From: Enterococcus gallinarum NBRC 100675
GTDB lineage: Bacteria; Bacillota; Bacilli; Lactobacillales; Enterococcaceae
DNA length: 24,000 nucleotides
Reading direction: 5' to 3'
Assembly: GCF_001544275.1 (NCBI RefSeq)
Contig: NZ_BCQE01000007.1
Span: 69,980 to 93,979, forward strand
The position numbers were made by a program, and so were the translations under genes. The notes beneath the pieces are model-generated. The model worked only from the letters and a program-made list of their open reading frames with translations, was not told where the DNA came from and searched no databases. Shown piece by piece: positions 23,139 to 24,000 of the stretch (its first letter is position 1; every line of letters begins with the position of its first letter).

Positions 23139-24000
23139 TCAGTCAAGAAAAAGGATATTATGGATATAGCAAATTTCTGGCAACGGAATCTGCACACTAT
23201 AGATTGTTTCCAGCACACTGACTGCATCTTTGATCACTCTGATTTCACGCTGATGAGTAAATACAAATTGTTCAAGATCAGCAAATTCGGTAATTTCTAC
23301 TTGCCGTATCAAACGCTCTACCATGCAGGAGATATGAACATAAAGACCGATTTTTCGTGGATTCGTCAACTTCAGTGCTAATCGTTCTTCCAGTGTGACA
23401 ATCAATTCTTCAATAATTGACATGATCTTTTGAGTATCTAAAATAGTTAACGAATCGAGGACTCGAATGAGGGAAAAATTTTTTACCATCCGATCATTCA
23501 CAATCTTCATGCCATTTTCATCCAAGTCAGCTCCAAAGATCTCTGCCATTTTTTGCGCGTTCTCACCAGAGATAATGTTTTCTAAATAAACAAACTCGGT
23601 CTCTGGAATCAGAGGATCATCGGTTCCAATAATGCCTAATAAATTATAGTGTTGAGAAATACTAGCGGGTACCCCGTTGGTTGTTAATTCACTATATTCC
23701 ATAGGGAAAAACGCTACTTCAAGCAATCCTTCCAAACATTCTGACAACATTTTTTGGATCTGGATCGCTGTACCTATCCCAGTAAAGCAAGTGGTGATTA
23801 TCGCTTTTTTTTGAGCCTTTTCCGGCTCGAACAGTTGAATGTTCGGTGTGATCGATTCCTTCATCCGCTCTGCAATCTCGGTTAAAGGAGTGCCTTGAAG
23901 CATCATATTGCCAATCTCTAATGCCATCAAAGTCCCTAGCTGATCCATACACAAAATTGGAACTGCTACGGTCTTTTTCAATAAATCATAGATCATATTC
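23139..24000 (-). CDS. LevR-type sigma-54-dependent PRD activator, C-terminal part; the 5' end lies beyond the right edge of the window
   Basis: The frame is open to the window edge, so the track Met at 23996 is internal. It contains an EIIB-Gat-like Cys loop (KKAIITTCFTGIGTAIQIQKML) and a terminal PRD (IGLYVHISCMVERLIRQ). The AAA+ and HTH parts are not in the window, so the sigma-54 activator call rests on this domain tail plus the adjacent -24/-12 promoter. Confidence 0.75.
   Translation of the reverse strand, partial: NMIYDLLKKTVAVPILCMDQLGTLMALEIGNMMLQGTPLTEIAERMKESITPNIQLFEPEKAQKKAIITTCFTGIGTAIQIQKMLSECLEGLLEVAFFPMEYSELTTNGVPASISQHYNLLGIIGTDDPLIPETEFVYLENIISGENAQKMAEIFGADLDENGMKIVNDRMVKNFSLIRVLDSLTILDTQKIMSIIEELIVTLEERLALKLTNPRKIGLYVHISCMVERLIRQVEITEFADLEQFVFTHQREIRVIKDAVSVLETIYSVQIPLPEICYIHNILFLD

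Noticed and set aside
17720-23952. Other small track ORFs (17720-17920, 18347-18643, 19951-20187, 20968-21216, 21090-21341, 21554-21754, 21800-22075, 23160-23381, 23719-23952).
   Set aside because: Each lies inside or antisense to a gene with clear family motifs, and none has a plausible SD.
1-24000. A search by eye for CRISPR arrays, IS or transposon ends, integrases, tRNA or rRNA genes, and toxin-antitoxin or defence gene signatures.
   Set aside because: None was found. The only repeats are the E1/E2 hairpin elements, the internal duplication in the M60-like gene and short operator-like palindromes.

Overview
This looks like a chromosomal segment from a low-GC Gram-positive bacterium. It is probably Lactobacillales and Enterococcus-like, but that is only an inference from the AGGAGG-type Shine-Dalgarno (SD) sites, the PTS (phosphotransferase sugar-uptake system) density and the protein families.

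I support 22 protein-coding genes, 20 of them on the minus strand. I found no rRNA, tRNA, CRISPR array, transposase, integrase or phage gene.

Content from left to right:
1. A partial DUF4091/GH123-like hydrolase, missing from the ORF track because it runs off the left edge. It is translationally coupled to an orphan lactose/cellobiose-family PTS EIIC, with a divergent AraC regulator.
2. A small XRE regulator coupled to a polytopic membrane protein.
3. A secreted M60-like (enhancin-type) zinc peptidase with tandem C-terminal modules.
4. A P-type cation ATPase whose conserved N-terminus is in frame but has no ATG, GTG or TTG start.
5. A PRD-activator, EIIA, EIIB and EIIC (Lac family) operon. 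It continues across a 130-nt hairpin element into an M24 Xaa-Pro peptidase, an M42 aminopeptidase and a MalY/PatB C-S lyase.
6. A divergent pair of LOG-family and MazG-like genes.
7. A mannose-family PTS (EIIA-B-C-D) plus a double-SIS sugar-phosphate enzyme. It sits behind a consensus sigma-54 promoter and a partial LevR-type activator.

I see no recognisable defence, toxin-antitoxin or mobile system. The best candidate for an undescribed system is block 5, a PTS wired to two aminopeptidases and a C-S lyase with no sugar-catabolic enzyme. Two related long-hairpin elements that end both large PTS operons are also worth a second look.

Several starts in the ORF track sit upstream of the SD-supported start, and I corrected them. 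All family calls come from motifs read in the translations, because no database search was possible.
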